Source: an uncultured Actinomycetota bacterium (GTDB taxonomy: Bacteria; Actinomycetota; Actinomycetes; Streptosporangiales; Streptosporangiaceae). Taken from it: a stretch of DNA of 64,000 nt. The position numbers and the translations under genes are program-made. The number at the start of each line of letters is the position of its first letter. Position 1 is the stretch's first letter. The notes beneath the pieces were generated by a model that was given only the letters and a program-made list of their open reading frames with translations, made no database searches and was not told where the DNA came from. Positions 26,020-36,763 of this stretch are shown here, piece after piece. Location of the stretch: assembly GCA_963843955.1 (NCBI GenBank), contig CAWJMK010000018.1, positions 648,445-712,444 on the forward strand. Reading direction: 5' to 3'.

Positions 26020-26673
26020 ATGGGCGTTGTAGAGAACATCGCGATAGCAGTCATCACCGGCGTAGTGGCTTCAGCATGCTTTTGGTATTTGCAATCTATA
26101 CAATTTAGACCAAAGGTATCTATCTGTCCTACTCTCGCTAAGTACTATACAGAAGACAATAAGCCCGTTTGCGAGGTCAAGCTCTTCAACAAGAGGCAAC
26201 GAGCAGCGGCTGACGTTGCGGTTACTATCAATCTGGTCGTTCCGGGATTAGTAAAGCCAGGCCAAAATTCCGTGCTGCCGCTTCGCGAGGAACAATTGCG
26301 ATGGCTTTCCGGCAAGGATGACTATTACTACTCCGTGTCGCCGAGCCAACTTTCTGCTGAGCTTCGCGATAGATATAGAGAATGTTTTCCCGAGGAATTG
26401 AGGACGGCCCTGGACTCCGGAAGAGCCGATGACCTCTCTTTCTGGCGTGTTCTTGAGCTGTGTATGGGTGCTTCACTAAAGGTATATCTGGCCGCTTCAG
26501 ATTCGTTCTTCGGCGGACGGTCTTTTGCGGCTCAAGTCTTTGAGCTGACGGATATCCGAAGCGGCCCATTCAAGGACGGGACAACCTGTGAACACGACGG
26601 TCCGTCGCAGCAAGCCGTTGCCGACCACGGCGCAACAACCCCACTGACTCGCGTAGGCACCAAACAGATATAG
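26020..26673 (+). CDS. Hypothetical protein with one N-terminal TM helix, in a low-GC islet
   Basis: Strong RBS GAAGGAGG 7 nt upstream. IAIAVITGVVASACFWYL is the TM helix. Local GC is roughly 47-55% against about 70% background. No motif recognised. Confidence 0.65.
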   Translation: MGVVENIAIAVITGVVASACFWYLQSIQFRPKVSICPTLAKYYTEDNKPVCEVKLFNKRQRAAADVAVTINLVVPGLVKPGQNSVLPLREEQLRWLSGKDDYYYSVSPSQLSAELRDRYRECFPEELRTALDSGRADDLSFWRVLELCMGASLKVYLAASDSFFGGRSFAAQVFELTDIRSGPFKDGTTCEHDGPSQQAVADHGATTPLTRVGTKQI

Positions 26674-27108
26674 CACTGTCAACGGCAGGGGTGCTCCGGA
26701 TTGGTGCCTGGGGAGGTGTTGTCGAAGCGGTACCGGGGCCTCATGAGCCACACCGGTGATGCCGTGCCGTGAGGATATGACCGAGTGGATCGCGGCAAGA
26801 GCGCGTTCCTGCAAGGTTGCGATGTCGCATAAGTATTCAGTGCGCTGCGCGCACCTGGCCTCATCCGCGGACCGGCAGAAAGGTGTCAAAGGGCCAGAAT
26901 CCCGCGCGCGCACCCGCCGTTCTAGTTCGGGTCACGCAAACCGTCATCGCCCCGCGCGCTGACCGATGCGGGGTTCTGCGCCGGACCGCTACAATGGCAA
27001 CCGGCATCCCGCTAAGGATGGTTCAAAGAGAATATTCACCGGCGGGGATACTGCCTACCTCCTGCGCGGGAATGCCTTGCTCTCTGCATTGTTCGCAGAT
27101 GACCCTTG

Positions 27109-27930
27109 TTACGACATGGCATTTAGTGAGGGGCACCCGAGCAGATCAAGGTCGCGCACGCAGAAACCGTGGTGCGCCCACTCCTCGTCCAGCACCACGT
27201 GCATGCACTCGAGCACCGACTTACCTCTGGCGTACGGCGGCCAGCCGGGGCCTGCCGGCACTGGCGCGGTCGCTGACAGCTCATCGGGCGTCACGGTCGA
27301 CAACCAGCGTTCAAGCTCGGCGCCCTGCACGTCGCGCACGGCGAGCACCTCGTCGAGGCTCGGTGTCGCCGCTCGATCCAGGCCCTGCTCCTCCTGCTCA
27401 GGAACAAACTCGGACGCCAGCCCGATCGCGGTGAACAGCTTGGTCGATCCCAGGCAGCAGCGACGGAACCACGAGTCGTGCACGAATGCCAGGTGGCGCA
27501 GGGTCTCCACCGCCGACCACTCGCCGCCCACGCGCTGGTGTTCGGAACCGTCGGGCAAACTTCCGAGCCGCTCGAGCGTCGTTTCCCAGTCGGCCCGCAG
27601 CTGTCGAAAGGCTTGCCGCAGGTCGGCCGGATCGGCCGAGCGGATCAGCAGCCGCACTGGATGCCTCCGGTCGAGCTCGGCCTCGACGTACGACGTCACC
27701 TCCACCCCGTTAACCACCAGGTTGCTCACCAGGCCGTCGATGACGGCGTCCTGCATCACCACCCCGATCAGACGGGCGCGGGTCAAGTCGCACTCCCGGA
27801 ATTCGGCATCAGTCAGGTCCTCGTCCACGAATCTCGCCATGCCGGGCAGTATCCACCAGGGTGCCGACACCCGAGTGCCGGACAGCGCGGTTGTGACTCC
27901 CGTCGTCTCCGTCGCCGATCCGCTTGCCAC
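27109..27930 (-). CDS. DinB-family protein with N-terminal pentapeptide-repeat-like segment
   Basis: FVDEDLTDAEFRECDLTRARLIGVVMQDAVIDG, then WSAVETLRHLAFVHDSWF...VLDEEWAHHGF (DinB His triad pattern). An alternative start lies at 27840. Confidence 0.75.
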   Translation of the reverse strand: MASGSATETTGVTTALSGTRVSAPWWILPGMARFVDEDLTDAEFRECDLTRARLIGVVMQDAVIDGLVSNLVVNGVEVTSYVEAELDRRHPVRLLIRSADPADLRQAFRQLRADWETTLERLGSLPDGSEHQRVGGEWSAVETLRHLAFVHDSWFRRCCLGSTKLFTAIGLASEFVPEQEEQGLDRAATPSLDEVLAVRDVQGAELERWLSTVTPDELSATAPVPAGPGWPPYARGKSVLECMHVVLDEEWAHHGFCVRDLDLLGCPSLNAMS

Positions 27931-28292
27931 GCACCCATCAGGCGATGACCGGCGTCACAGAGCACAGAACTGGCTTATCTTGCGCAGGCCACTGCGTAGA
28001 GGTTGTCAGCGGAAACGGGCCGAGCCGCAGATCTGCACGATGAAGAGTCGCACCGTCCACTCCGGTCGGAGGCATGAGCGGACACCGAGTTAGGTCTGAC
28101 TTCATCTCGCACATCACCGAACCGCTGCCCCTCGAACTGGTCGAGCAGTTCATCGGGGAAGCCAGGCGGCGCCTCCCACCAGTCAGCGACTGAGCAAACG
28201 TCGGTTTCTTCGGTCGCGCTCGCCGCGGCGCGATCGGACATTCTGCTTAGGTGCCACAGCAAACAGGCGGTTCATGTGCAGTAGCCGCGCGC

Positions 28293-28685
28293 ATGGAGGC
28301 AGGAGATGATCAGGTTGTGGATGTCCGGGTGAAGAGCTTCATTCGCGAGGCCGCGGACCGGACGGGATTCCTGCACTCGGAGTTCGGCTTCAATGGCCCT
28401 GAGGTCGTGCTGGATGAACGTGGTGTGTATCCGCTGTTGCGCTGTGTGCGTTTCGAGCGCGCCGATATCGGCATCGAGATCAGCCTGGTGCTGTCGTACA
28501 TGGGCGAGGAGTACGTGGCTTCGGATCTTGTCACCGCGGATAGCCCGGCGTCGGTTCGGCGGACGAAGATCCGGCAAGACACTGCGCACACCGGCTACCA
28601 GATGCGCCGGGCCCTGGATCTGCAAGCTAAGGCCATCCGAGAAGCACTCGCCGACAACGCGCCAGGACTCGATGAATCCGGCTAG
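28293..28685 (+). CDS. Hypothetical protein
   Basis: 131-aa ORF with plausible codon usage. No recognised motif. Start uncertain (28251 or 28293). Confidence 0.4.
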   Translation: MEAGDDQVVDVRVKSFIREAADRTGFLHSEFGFNGPEVVLDERGVYPLLRCVRFERADIGIEISLVLSYMGEEYVASDLVTADSPASVRRTKIRQDTAHTGYQMRRALDLQAKAIREALADNAPGLDESG

Positions 28686-28845
28686 CGGCATAGCGTATGA
28701 GCCGACGCTCGCGTCTTTTGCGGTGATGGGAGCGCCGGGGTCGGCTGTGTGCGCCGGGCGGGTTGGTCCGGCCTCGAGTTCGCGGAGTCGCTCGACGGCT
28801 CGCGCCGGACGAGGATGACCAACAGGACCGCGGCCGCAATCCCAC
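28686..28845 (-). pseudogene. Internally deleted second copy of the RHH-antitoxin/toxin locus
   Basis: 28686-28797 aligns with 11903-12010 (downstream flank plus antitoxin 3' end) and 28798-28845 aligns with 12362-12410 (toxin middle). The roughly 350 nt in between are missing. Confidence 0.7.
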
Positions 28846-28946
28846 GCCATCCACAGTTTTTTGGTTTGTTTCAAAGTCCGGTCTTCACTTACGCGCCCCT
28901 TCGTCGTACGTTCCCCTGGGAGCTTCAGTACAGAGAGGTGCCTTTC

Positions 28947-30785
28947 ATGTATCGAATCGCTCGTCTCATGGTCAGCGCGGCGCTCTTAGGCGCTGCCACG
29001 TTGACCGCAACAGCCGCGGGTGCGCCGATCGCCAGCGCGGACCCGTCCCCTCCAAGTCTCTGTCCGGACGCGGTCACAGCAACGTTCGGTCCGTACGTCT
29101 GTATCTTCACGCCGACAATGTCGCAGACCGACATCCAGGCCGACGTCAACGCCGTCTACGCCCAGCAGGTCGACAACGAGATGGGCACCACGCGTTATGC
29201 GTTGCTTTTCGAGCCGGGTACCTATGGGTCCGACACCAACCCGCTGGACGTCCCGGTCGGCTATTACACCGAGGTCGATGGCCTGGGCCAGGACCCGTCG
29301 GGCGTCGTCATCAACGGTGGCGTGACCGCCATCGGCATGAACGGCAGCGGTGCGTTGGACATCTTCTGGCGTTCCGTTTCCAACTTGACCATCCATGTCG
29401 TCCCGACCGCGGACAACTGCCACACCGGCAATGAGATGTGGGCGGTTTCGCAGGCGGCACCGATGCGCCGTGTCGATGTCAAGGACTACACCACTTTCAT
29501 GCCGTACTGCGAGAGCCCTAACTACGCCAGCGGCGGCTTCGTGGCCGATTCGCGGCTGGAGGGCGGTGCGCTCAACGGGTCGCAGCAGCAGTTCTACGTC
29601 CGCAACAGTGACCTGGGTGCCGGCTGGTCCAACTCTGTGTGGAACCAGGTCTTCTCCGGCGACATCGCCGCGCCCGCACAGGACTTCGGCGGCGGCGCCG
29701 CCTACACGACGCTCGCGCAGACGCCGGTGAGCAAGGAGAAGCCCTACCTCTACATCGACGGCTCGGGCGCCTGGAATGTCTTCGTGCCGTCATTCCAAAC
29801 CAACTCGGTGGGCCCAACATGGGCCAACGGGCACACGCCCGGCACCTCGATCCCGCTGTCGCAGTTCTTCATCGCCACGCCGTCCGACTCGGTCAGCACG
29901 ATCAACAATGCGCTGTCCCGCGGCCTCAACCTGTTGTTGACGCCAGGCGTCTACAACGTGGACTCCCCGATCAAGGTCAAGCGGGCTGACACCGTGGTAC
30001 AGGGCTTGGGCTTCGCCACCTTGACGGCGACCAACGGCAACTCGGTCCTCACCACGGCTGACAACCCCGGTATCGACGTCTCCGGCCTCATCGTCGATGC
30101 CGGACCCGTCAACTCGCCGCTGCTCATGCAGATCGGCTCGAAGAACGGCAACAATGGCGTGCCGCACAACCAGTCGTCTAACCCGACGACACTGCAGGAC
30201 GTGTTCTTCCGAATCGGCGGACCGCACGTCGGCAAAGCTACTGTCGCCCTCGAGGTCAACAGCGACTACACCATCCTTGACGACCTGTGGATCTGGCGTG
30301 CCGACCACGGCGTGACCGGCTCAGTCGGCTGGACCATCAACACCGCTGACACCGGCCTCGTGGTGAATGGTGACCATGTCACCGCGACAGGGCTGTTCGT
30401 CGAGCACTTCCAGAAGTACAACGTCATCTGGAACGGGAACAACGGCGAAGTCATCTTCTTCCAGAACGAACTGCCCTACGACCCGCCGACCCAGGCCGAC
30501 TACGAGCACGACGGCGTGCTTGGCTGGGCAGCGTTCAAGGTGGCCGACAACGTGCAGTCGTTCCAGGGTTATGGCATGGGCAGTTACATCTTCACCAACG
30601 TGAACCCGAGCATCCACGTGTCGCATGCCTTCGAGGTCCCGGACATGCCGGGCGTTCAGATGAACGACCTGCTCACGATCAACCTCAGCGGTCCCGGCAC
30701 CATCGACCATGTCATCAACGACACCGGCGGTCCTGTGAGCTCCGCCAACCCGGACGTGGCCAGCCAGGTCGTCAGCTACCCGTGA
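28947..30785 (+). CDS. Secreted right-handed beta-helix (pectin-lyase-fold) protein, probable glycoside hydrolase
   Basis: Signal peptide MYRIARLMVSAALLGAATLTATAAGAPIASA after RBS AGAGAGG. YALLFEPGTYGS...VGYYTEVDGLG...FWRSVSNLTI...WAVSQAAPMRR...GSQQQFYVRNS is a family often mislabelled adenylyl cyclase (from memory). Confidence 0.75.
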   Translation: MYRIARLMVSAALLGAATLTATAAGAPIASADPSPPSLCPDAVTATFGPYVCIFTPTMSQTDIQADVNAVYAQQVDNEMGTTRYALLFEPGTYGSDTNPLDVPVGYYTEVDGLGQDPSGVVINGGVTAIGMNGSGALDIFWRSVSNLTIHVVPTADNCHTGNEMWAVSQAAPMRRVDVKDYTTFMPYCESPNYASGGFVADSRLEGGALNGSQQQFYVRNSDLGAGWSNSVWNQVFSGDIAAPAQDFGGGAAYTTLAQTPVSKEKPYLYIDGSGAWNVFVPSFQTNSVGPTWANGHTPGTSIPLSQFFIATPSDSVSTINNALSRGLNLLLTPGVYNVDSPIKVKRADTVVQGLGFATLTATNGNSVLTTADNPGIDVSGLIVDAGPVNSPLLMQIGSKNGNNGVPHNQSSNPTTLQDVFFRIGGPHVGKATVALEVNSDYTILDDLWIWRADHGVTGSVGWTINTADTGLVVNGDHVTATGLFVEHFQKYNVIWNGNNGEVIFFQNELPYDPPTQADYEHDGVLGWAAFKVADNVQSFQGYGMGSYIFTNVNPSIHVSHAFEVPDMPGVQMNDLLTINLSGPGTIDHVINDTGGPVSSANPDVASQVVSYP

Positions 30786-30802
30786 CGTAGCGGACGGGTG
30801 AC

Positions 30803-30846
30803 CAGCGCCCGCATGGCCGCTTAATGTTGCGGGCATGCGGGCGCTG
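30803..30846 (+). terminator. Strong hairpin downstream of the beta-helix gene
   Basis: 13-bp perfect stem cagcgcccgcatg / catgcgggcgctg plus 4 further inner pairs and an 8-nt loop. No T-tract, as is usual in actinobacteria. Confidence 0.5.
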
Positions 30847-30916
30847 CCCATCAAGGAAAGGGCCGGGCCGCTAGAGCCCGCCGAGATCGCTCTTCCGACG
30901 CCGGACGGACGGCGAG

Positions 30917-31224
30917 GTGCTCGTCCAGCTACTGACTCGAAAAGACCTGACGCATGCTGATTCCCGGCGATCAATGATCCCGCAGTCCATGCCGGGGGAC
31001 CCGGCCGCACGCGACGAGGAATGGGCGCGTGCGCATCTGGTTTTCCACTACTCGCTGATCGAGGCGTGTGGCAACCGGCTGCTGCTCGACATCTCTGGCC
31101 GGTCTTCGACGCCGCGGATGGCATTGTCGCCTTGCTCAAAGCGCAGATTGAGCGCAGGCGGGCGATCGTCGCCGATTTCGTCGTCGGCGCGCCCGCAGAC
31201 ACGACACAACAGGAGGTCAGCTGA
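30917..31224 (+). pseudogene. GntR/FadR-type FCD-domain fragment, frameshifted, no HTH
   Basis: AHLVFHYSLIEACGNRLLLDI, then a shift to WPVFDAADGIVALLKAQIERRRAIVADF. Confidence 0.45.
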
Positions 31225-32219
31225 TGCCGAATGCTATGACCGGGCTTGAGGCCGCCGATCGGGAGCACATCTTCGTGCCCCACGCGTTCCCCGAGTCGCT
31301 AGCGGATCTCGGTGAGATCCGAATGAACTACAGCACAGCTGGGGAGCCGCACTTGCCCGCGCTGCTGCTGATTCCCGGGCAGTCGGAGTCATGGTGGGGC
31401 TACGAGGCGGCCATGCCGCTGCTTGCCGAGCACTTCCACGTCCACGCTGTCGACCTCCGCGGCCAGGGCCGTTCCACCTGGACACCCGGCCGTTACACCC
31501 TCGACAACATCGGCAACGACCTGGTCCGGTTCATCGACCTCGTCATCGGCCGGCCAACCGTCGTCAGTGGCCTGTCATCCGGCGGGGTCCTGTCCGCGTG
31601 GCTATCCGCGTACGCCAAGCCCGGTCAGATACGCGGCGCGGTGTGGGAGGACCCGCCGCTCTTCTCCTCCCAAATCAACCCGGCCTGCGGCCAGTCCATA
31701 CGGCAGGCGATCGGCCCCATATTCGCGATGTGGAACAAATGGCTGGGTGACCAGTGGTCGATCGGGGACTGGCCGGGCATGCTGGCCGCCGCGCCCCGCG
31801 AGCTGCCCGAGCGTATCCTCACGACGCTGGTGGCAATGGCCGCGGCTAATCGCGGCGAACCCGCGAATCTGGCCGAGCCGCCGCAGAACCTGAAGGAGTA
31901 CGACCCCGAGTGGGGCCGGGCGTTCTGGACTGGCACCGTCGCCGCGAGCTGCGATCACGAGCTCATGCTGGCGAACGTCAAGGTACCCGTCCTGTTTACC
32001 CACCATTTCCGTCAGATAGACGAGGCGACCGGGGCGCTGATGGGCGCCATTTCCGATCTGCAGGCCGCCCGGGCGAGGGAGCTGATCGAGGGTGCTGGGC
32101 AGCCGTTCGAGTACCAGTCGTTTCCCCAGATGGCGCATTCGATGCACGGCGCCGATCCAGCCTTGTTCGCCCGCACAGTGACACAGTGGGCATGCGCGCT
32201 GCCGGCCGAAACAGGTTAA
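31224..32219 (+). CDS. Alpha/beta-fold hydrolase
   Basis: PALLLIPGQSESWW...VDLRGQGRS...VSGLSSGG (GxSxG nucleophile elbow)...HSMH. Confidence 0.85.
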   Translation: MPNAMTGLEAADREHIFVPHAFPESLADLGEIRMNYSTAGEPHLPALLLIPGQSESWWGYEAAMPLLAEHFHVHAVDLRGQGRSTWTPGRYTLDNIGNDLVRFIDLVIGRPTVVSGLSSGGVLSAWLSAYAKPGQIRGAVWEDPPLFSSQINPACGQSIRQAIGPIFAMWNKWLGDQWSIGDWPGMLAAAPRELPERILTTLVAMAAANRGEPANLAEPPQNLKEYDPEWGRAFWTGTVAASCDHELMLANVKVPVLFTHHFRQIDEATGALMGAISDLQAARARELIEGAGQPFEYQSFPQMAHSMHGADPALFARTVTQWACALPAETG

Positions 32220-32330
32220 GCTGCGCGCCCGGCGCTTAGCGCAAATAGACTCGCCGCTCGCACTCGCCGAGGTCCTTACGGCGGCTAGAACAGCGCGTGG
32301 GCTGGTGCACGCGATTCGGCACTGTCAGCG

Positions 32331-32834
32331 GTGACTGCCAGGATGTTAGCCGTGGCACGCGAGGGCCCATTCTGGGATGCAGTGGAAGGTAGGGTGCCGC
32401 TTCCGGCCGCAGCGGTCACGCTTGGCTGGGAGCTGGTGTCCGTGAGCCCCGAGCAGGGGACGATCGAAGTTGCGTTCACCGCGACCGAGGCGTTCCTGAA
32501 TCCAGCGGGATTCATTCAGGGTGGCTTTCTCGCCGCGATGCTGGACGAGACCCTAGGACCGGCGCTAGTTGCTGGCCTTAGTCCTGGTGACTTCGCCCCT
32601 ACGACTGACCTGCATGTCCAGTTTCTTCGTCCGGCCCAGCCAGGGCGCCTGCTCGGACGAGGCCGCGTTGTGCGTCGAGGCCGCGACGTTGGATTCCTCG
32701 CCGGCGAGCTGCTCGACGCAGAAGGTGCGGTCATTGCCGTGGCCACGGCAACCGTTCAGATTCGACGCCAGATGCTCCCGGACCGAGAGCACGGCAGCGT
32801 CTCGGGAACGGTCAGCCACCCATCTGATCGCTAA
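32331..32834 (+). CDS. PaaI-family hotdog thioesterase
   Basis: LGWELVSVSPEQGTIEVAFTA...NPAGFIQGGFLAAMLDETLG...VATATV. Confidence 0.85.
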   Translation: MTARMLAVAREGPFWDAVEGRVPLPAAAVTLGWELVSVSPEQGTIEVAFTATEAFLNPAGFIQGGFLAAMLDETLGPALVAGLSPGDFAPTTDLHVQFLRPAQPGRLLGRGRVVRRGRDVGFLAGELLDAEGAVIAVATATVQIRRQMLPDREHGSVSGTVSHPSDR

Positions 32835-33245
32835 CTGAGACAGGCGGACACGCCTGCACTCCGTCGGCGGCCACGGGCGGTAGGACTGGCGACCGCCGCA
32901 CGCAGCCAATCGCGTCCCTTCGCCGCCAGGCTCTTCCTGGAGTGTTCGTGCTTCGACTGCCGGACAGCACGGTTGAGCTCGCTCGCTGGGAGGCGTCGAG
33001 CGGCTCCACCAAGACGGCACTGCGTCCGAGTGCGCCCGGCGAGTGGCGGAACGTTGACGGCGTGGTCGTGTTCACGGCGGCGGGACATGTACCGGCCAGA
33101 CGCACCCGGTGCAGTTCCTCGAGGCGGACAGGCGGTCGGTCGCGTGGACAGACTGGCACCCCCCGCGTGGCTGCGGGGATGCGGGGGCAGGCATCCTGGG
33201 TTTGTCGCATGAAGCGACCTCGGGGGCGTAGACAGGAGGCCGGAT

Positions 33246-33530
33246 ATGTATGCCGTGGTACGGCGATACAGCGGGGTGACCGATCCTGAAGAGGCGGGAC
33301 GCCGAGTGGAGGACCAGTTTGTCGAGATTCTCCGACAGGTTCCCGGATTCGTAGCTTATTACTGGGTCAATGCGGGGGATGGGGTGATGCTCTCCACCTC
33401 GGTCTTCCAAGATGAACCGGGCGAGGAAGAATCGACGAAAAGGGCCGGGGAGTTCGTCCATGCGAATCTCGAGCCACTGTTTCCGAACCCTCCTCAGGTC
33501 ACAGCCGGACATGTCGTCGCGGCCGGTTAG
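33246..33530 (+). CDS. Small dimeric alpha/beta-barrel (ABM-like) protein
   Basis: 94 aa, VPGFVAYYWVNAGDGVMLSTSVFQDE pattern. Confidence 0.55.
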   Translation: MYAVVRRYSGVTDPEEAGRRVEDQFVEILRQVPGFVAYYWVNAGDGVMLSTSVFQDEPGEEESTKRAGEFVHANLEPLFPNPPQVTAGHVVAAG

Positions 33531-33802
33531 GGCTTCGCAGACTAAACCTCGGCCTTTCGCGCGTCGGTCAAGCAAAAGTGCCTTTGAGCTGGGAGGATAG
33601 GGTCCTGTTCACTTCGAGTCGAAGGCTCTTTCACCTGCGGATTACAGCCCGCGGGCCGAAGCTCACGGTGTCTGACGAGGCTTAATGCCGCTGGTGTCGA
33701 CAAGGCGGCGCAGCCGTTCTCGCCACCACCGCGAGCGCTGGCGTCAGCCGTGGATCGGCCCGCGTCGCTGACGAGTGGACGCTAAGCAGTACCCGGGGTC
33801 GC

Positions 33803-33965
33803 CTAGTCGAGATCCTCCAGGAGCAGATCGACCCCTGCCATGGCGTGGCGCCGGAAGACTTGCTCAACCAGGTCCGGGTCGCGGCTACGGAATGCAGTCA
33901 GCATGTCGTGGTGGTCCTGCACGCGCTGCAGGCCCACCTCGGGCCGTGGGCTGGGCGCCGCCGTC
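33803..33965 (-). pseudogene. GntR FCD-domain C-terminal fragment
   Basis: The minus-strand reading HHDMLTAFRSRDPDLVEQVFRRHAMAGVDLLLEDLD ends at the stop at 33803-33805. No upstream part is present. Confidence 0.3.
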
Positions 33966-34044
33966 TTGCGCTCACCCAGCCCGCGTCGTGTCTATCGCAC
34001 CTTGCTTGCCCAGGGACTTGGCTCCGCCGAAGTAGCGGCCGCGC

Positions 34045-34350
34045 CGGACTCGCTGATCGAGACGCTACGCCTGTCCGCCCGTCGACCGGAGAACGCGAGA
34101 ACCGTGGCGTCGCTAATGCACGCGATCAACGTGTTCCACCACGCGCGTCCCGAGAGCGTCCTCACAAGTGCAGAACTCGCGGCGATCATGACACCCACGG
34201 TCTTCATCCTCGGATCCGACGACCCATACCTCTCCATCGAGCACGCGCGGCCGTCGATCGACCAGATTCACGGCGCCAGGCTCTATCAGGTGCCCGGCGG
34301 ACACGCCCCCTGCCTCGTGGACGCCGAGCACTCGGCCGAGTTGATCGCAA
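34045..34350 (+). pseudogene. Alpha/beta-hydrolase C-terminal fragment
   Basis: PTVFILGSDDPYLSIEHARPSIDQIHGARLYQVPGGHAPCLVDAEHSAELI, lacking the nucleophile half. Confidence 0.4.
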
Positions 34351-34595
34351 CTCATTCACACATCTGCTCACGCCAGCCCCGGCACCGTAGTCATTCGCTC
34401 GGTGCTGCGGGCCGCGCCGTCCTGAACCGACCCATGCCGCAAAACCGTCCGTTCGGCAGCCGGGCCTTGGCAAGGAGAATTGAACGCTATATCTTTGACA
34501 TATCGCCGAGCTACGGTGACAGCCCGAAGGCTAGATCGTTCGATGGACGATGTGCCAGTGACGAGCTGAGCGGTCTCCGATCTGAAAGAGCCACA

Positions 34596-35512
34596 ATGAC
34601 CACTCCGGTTACGATCATCGGCGCGGGCCTCGGCGGGCTGACACTTGCCCGTGTTCTCCACGTGCACGGCATTCCCGCGACTATCTACGAAGCTGAGGCC
34701 TCGGCGGACGCCCGAACGGAGGGTGGCCAGCTCGACATCCACGAGTACAACGGGCAGCTCGCGCTGGAAGCGGCCGGTCTCACGGGGGAGTTCCGCACGA
34801 TCATCCACGAGGGTGGCGAGGCAACGCACGTGCTCGACCAGGACGGCATGGTCCTGCTCGACGAGCCCGACGACGGTACCGGCGGCCGTCCAGAGGCGCT
34901 GCGCGGAGACCTGCGTCGGATCCTGCTCGACTCCCTGCCGGACGAGATGATCCAGTGCGGACGCAAAGTCAGTGCCCTGTTCGCTGTCGCGCTTGCTAGG
35001 GGATCCTCGCGCACCGAGAGCCCGAGGGTGTCCTTCACGTGTACGTCGCGCTCTCCAAGCCGCCGGAGTGGATCGCTGATATCCACTTCGCCAGCCCAGC
35101 GACGGCGACGGCCCAGGTCGCGAAGGAGTTCGCCGGCTGGGCCCCTGAGCTCACCGCACTCATCACAGATGGGGAAGCTACCCCCGTTCTTCGCGCAATC
35201 AATGCCCTGCCGATTGCCCACCGGTGGGACCGAGTTGCGGGCGTCACCCTGCTGGGCGACGCCGCCCACGTGATGTCACCGTTCGCCGGGGAGGGTGCCA
35301 ATCTCGCTATGTTCGACGGCTCCGAACTCGGCAAAGCCATCGCTGCCCACCCCGACGATGTCGAAGCTGCACTGGCGGAGTACGAGCAAGCCCTCTTTCC
35401 GCGGAGCGAGCAATTTGCGGCCGAATCCGACCGGAACCACAAGCTCCTCTTTGGCGACAACACCCCCGATGGCCTGCTCAAGCTGCTCACCGGCCAGGAG
35501 CCCGCGGAGTGA
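34596..35512 (+). pseudogene. FAD-dependent monooxygenase (TetX/salicylate-hydroxylase-like), internally disrupted
   Basis: MTTPVTIIGAGLGGLTLARVLHVHGIPATIYE... is readable to about 34980. The C-terminal half (LLGDAAHVMSPFAGEGANLAMFDG) is in another frame from 35039. Confidence 0.7.
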
Positions 35513-35638
35513 GCGCGGCTTGAGGCGCAGATCGCCAGGATGCAGTTCGAGATGGCGTGATCCGACGCCCTGGCCCGCGCCGCGAAGCACCTGGCAGGAT
35601 GCAGGTAACTGCCCGATTCGGCCTGGAGAGGAAGACCG

Positions 35639-36082
35639 GTGCCTGTCCGCTTTCAGTTGGTCATCGACTGTGACGACCCAGACCGGCTGGCTCGGTTCTG
35701 GGCCGCCGCGCTGGGCTATGAGCTCGCGCCCGCCCCGGCCGGATTCGCTACCTGGAAGGACTTCTACCTCGAGGTCGGGGTACCCGAGGAAGACCTGGTC
35801 GACGGGGCGGACAGGATCAGCGACCCGGAGGGCCAGGGGCCGAATATCTGGTTCCATGTCGTCCCGGATGCCAAGACGGTCAAGAACCGGCTGCACCTCG
35901 ACATCCACGCCAGTGGCGAGCGGACGGACCCGATCGAGACTCGCAGGAAGCGAGTCGACGCGGAGGCCAGCCGGCTGGCCGGCCTGGGCGCCACCATCAC
36001 TGGCGCATTGTCCGAGGAAGGGCTGGACCACTACGCGGTCGGGATGAAGGATCCGGAAGGCAACGAGTTCGATATCAACTGA
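35639..36082 (+). CDS. VOC/glyoxalase-family protein
   Basis: FQLVIDCDDPDRLARFWAAALGYE...RLHLDIHA...DPEGNEF. Confidence 0.8.
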   Translation: MPVRFQLVIDCDDPDRLARFWAAALGYELAPAPAGFATWKDFYLEVGVPEEDLVDGADRISDPEGQGPNIWFHVVPDAKTVKNRLHLDIHASGERTDPIETRRKRVDAEASRLAGLGATITGALSEEGLDHYAVGMKDPEGNEFDIN

Positions 36083-36205
36083 TCGCAGCAGCCGATGCTC
36101 GAGTCACGTCCAGCCGACCGGACCAAGATCCCCAAGTGACCCAGGTGCTGATCGAACGGCTCGAGGTGGGGGCCGGGCCGGCAGACGAGTCGAGCAAGCG
36201 GTCAG

Positions 36206-36763
36206 TCATCGTGCCGGCCTCCCGTACCGCGCCAGGACGGCGGCGCCGGCCTGCTCGGCCGACAGGCACTCCAGGTACGCGGGCGAGTCGCTAGCGGAGA
36301 AGAGCCGCTCGCCGATGCCCAGGATCGTGGGGAAGGTCAGGAGCCGGTACTCATCGATCAGGTCGCTGGCCATCAGCGCGTGCACGACCCGCAGGCTGCC
36401 GGTGATGATCACATCGCGCTGCTCGCGTTTGACGGCGTCGACGACGTCGCCGTCGATGACACGAGAGTTCATCCACGCAGACGCGTCGGTCAGCGTACGA
36501 GAAGCGACTAGTTTCGGCACTGCGTTCATCCGCGCGGAGAACGGGTCATCGCGTGGTGGCCAAAGCCGCGAGAACAACTGCCAGGTCTTGCGCCCGAGCA
36601 GCATGACCCCGTCGTCCAGCGTGCTCCCGAGCCGGAATTTGTCCCCGGCGACCGTCGCAGGCCCGTGCCGGAACGCCCAGCCGCCGGCTGGTGTGCCGTC
36701 GGACCCGTCTGGGTCGGACACGATCCCGTCCAGCGTGATGAATTCGATGACGATGACGCTCAT
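36206..36763 (-). CDS. Dihydrofolate-reductase-like (RibD C-terminal domain) protein
   Basis: MSVIVIEFITLDGIVSDPDG...LLGRKTWQLF...VIITGSLRVVHALMASDLIDEYRLLTFP. Confidence 0.85.
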   Translation of the reverse strand: MSVIVIEFITLDGIVSDPDGSDGTPAGGWAFRHGPATVAGDKFRLGSTLDDGVMLLGRKTWQLFSRLWPPRDDPFSARMNAVPKLVASRTLTDASAWMNSRVIDGDVVDAVKREQRDVIITGSLRVVHALMASDLIDEYRLLTFPTILGIGERLFSASDSPAYLECLSAEQAGAAVLARYGRPAR

